A stretch of 63,693 nucleotides of DNA, counting the filler, from Octopus bimaculoides (Eukaryota), in assembly GCF_001194135.2 (NCBI RefSeq). It is 5 parts of 5 records of this genome, joined end to end, with 100 filler letters (N's around TTAATTAATTAA, not from the genome) between each part and the next. Parts side by side here need not be neighbours in the genome. Positions count along the whole stretch, not along the records: positions 60,940 to 63,693 come from NC_068991.1; 4 more parts are not named here. One strand, given 5' to 3'. Below the pieces are notes generated by a model. The model ran no database searches. It worked only from the letters and a program-made list of their open reading frames with translations, and had not been told where the DNA came from. The first letter of the stretch is position 1. Each line of letters begins with the position of its first letter. Positions 62,633 to 63,693 of this stretch are shown here, one piece after another. The position numbers and the translations under genes are program-made.

Positions 62633-63240
62633 AACGACGGACTTGGAAATTGGCCTCAACTCTCTCCAGTATTGCCCTGTCGATTTGGGTGACATTGCTC
62701 TCTCTGATTTTCAAGAGCCCAATAACGACAGTTCTGCTGATTCACCATGCCATTGGGAAGAAAATGAGCTTCATCACTCATTAACAAAATGAGGTTGTCA
62801 TTTGCCTTAAAAATTGCTTCCATCTGACATACGAAGTTAAGCTGTTGTGCATAGTCCCATGGTTTCAACTGTTGCCCAGTGACCAATTTGTACAGGTGGA
62901 AATGTAGGTCTTCATGCAAAATACGCCTTACCGATCGATTACCGATACCAAGTTCAATGGAATGCCTCTGAGCAGAGCGGTTCGGACTCTGTATCAAAGC
63001 TTACCTGACGCGTTCCACGTTTTCCGGGATCCGTACCGTTCGTGGCGCCCCCAGCAGTCTTCCTATTCATTACTGTACCTCGTGTACGAAGTGCATTCTC
63101 CCAACGCAAGATTGTGTGACGGGTGGGAACAGCCCAATTTCGGCGAATATTGAAGTGGCGCCGAAGCTCACGCTGAATTGCTGACAGATTCGTTATTCTT
63201 CACGTAACTGTCGTAAGCAAACACCCTAGCTTCACCTGAG
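62630..63240 (-). pseudogene. Tc1/mariner transposase relic (DUF4817-type HTH N-terminus)
   Basis: FAYDSYVKNNES, LRRHFNIRRNWAVPTRHTILRW, SPNRSAQRH and LMSDEAHFLPNGMVNQQNCRYWALEN motifs, with an internal stop. Confidence 0.82.
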
Positions 63241-63339
63241 AAGAAAAAAAATGCTAAGACACCACGGACCGAATGGTACCTGTCGGACATATGTCCCTTC
63301 TCCTGGGTGTGAGTAATAGCCATTTCAAAAACGTCCGTC

Positions 63340-63505
63340 CTCTCTGCCCCACCCTGTTCACAACCAGTGTTGGTGTGTTTACGTTTAGGGGAGTTAGGTT
63401 CGTCAAAATAAATCGATAAAGTACAAAACTTAGAAAATAAGTACGGGAGGTAGAGGTCGATATGTGCGACTAAGCCTTTCAAGGCGGTAGTCTAGTACAG
63501 CTACA
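63340..63505 (+). mobile_element. Degenerate SINE family B, 3' half
   Basis: caaccagtgttggtgtgtttacgt...aggttcgtcaaaa...ttcaaggcggtagtctag. Confidence 0.5.
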
Positions 63506-63517
63506 ATTTAAAAGACT

Positions 63518-63570
<53 letters not shown>

Positions 63571-63601
63571 ATGCATATATACTGTTGTGTCTGGGGAGAG
63601 T

Positions 63602-63693
63602 CATTCTCTTTTAGTGCCTTATAATTTAACACACTCAACGGTAAAATTTCCACTTATTGAGTGTGTTAGATTATAAGGCACTAAAGGAGAATG
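63602..63693. repeat. 37-bp inverted repeat (2 mismatches) with an 18-nt loop, at the window edge
   Basis: cattctcttttagtgccttataatttaacacactcaa / ttgagtgtgttagattataaggcactaaaggagaatg. Confidence 0.9.

Overview
AT-rich, microsatellite- and transposon-dense eukaryotic DNA from a draft assembly with many N-gaps. The SINE/LINE families and the IL-17 type suggest an octopod cephalopod, probably Octopus (inference). Four 100-nt spacers (44 N + TTAATTAATTAA + 44 N) show that the window is five artificially joined pieces (1-7777, 7878-30796, 30897-49841, 49942-60839, 60940-end), so linkage across those joins means nothing. The only well-supported host gene is an invertebrate-type IL-17 cystine-knot cytokine (minus strand, coding exon 18030-17509; the short first exon was not located), which carries a furin-like RYKR site. 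The rest is TE debris: a full-length but inactivated Chapaev3-type (CMC) transposon with TIRs and TTA TSD, three Tc1/mariner relics, pogo- and Merlin-like relics, RTE/CR1-like/Tx1-like LINE fragments, Penelope-like RT, GIY-YIG and terminal fragments, two LTR-like copies, and many tRNA-derived SINEs. The most interesting non-coding signals are several minimal type I hammerhead-ribozyme motifs in Penelope-like termini and possibly in a tRNA-headed SINE, a perfect 47-bp foldback, and several other inverted or direct duplications. No CRISPR, rRNA or intact tRNA genes were seen. Most long ORFs in the track are microsatellite or N-gap artefacts. All family assignments are by eye from motif recall; no database search was run.
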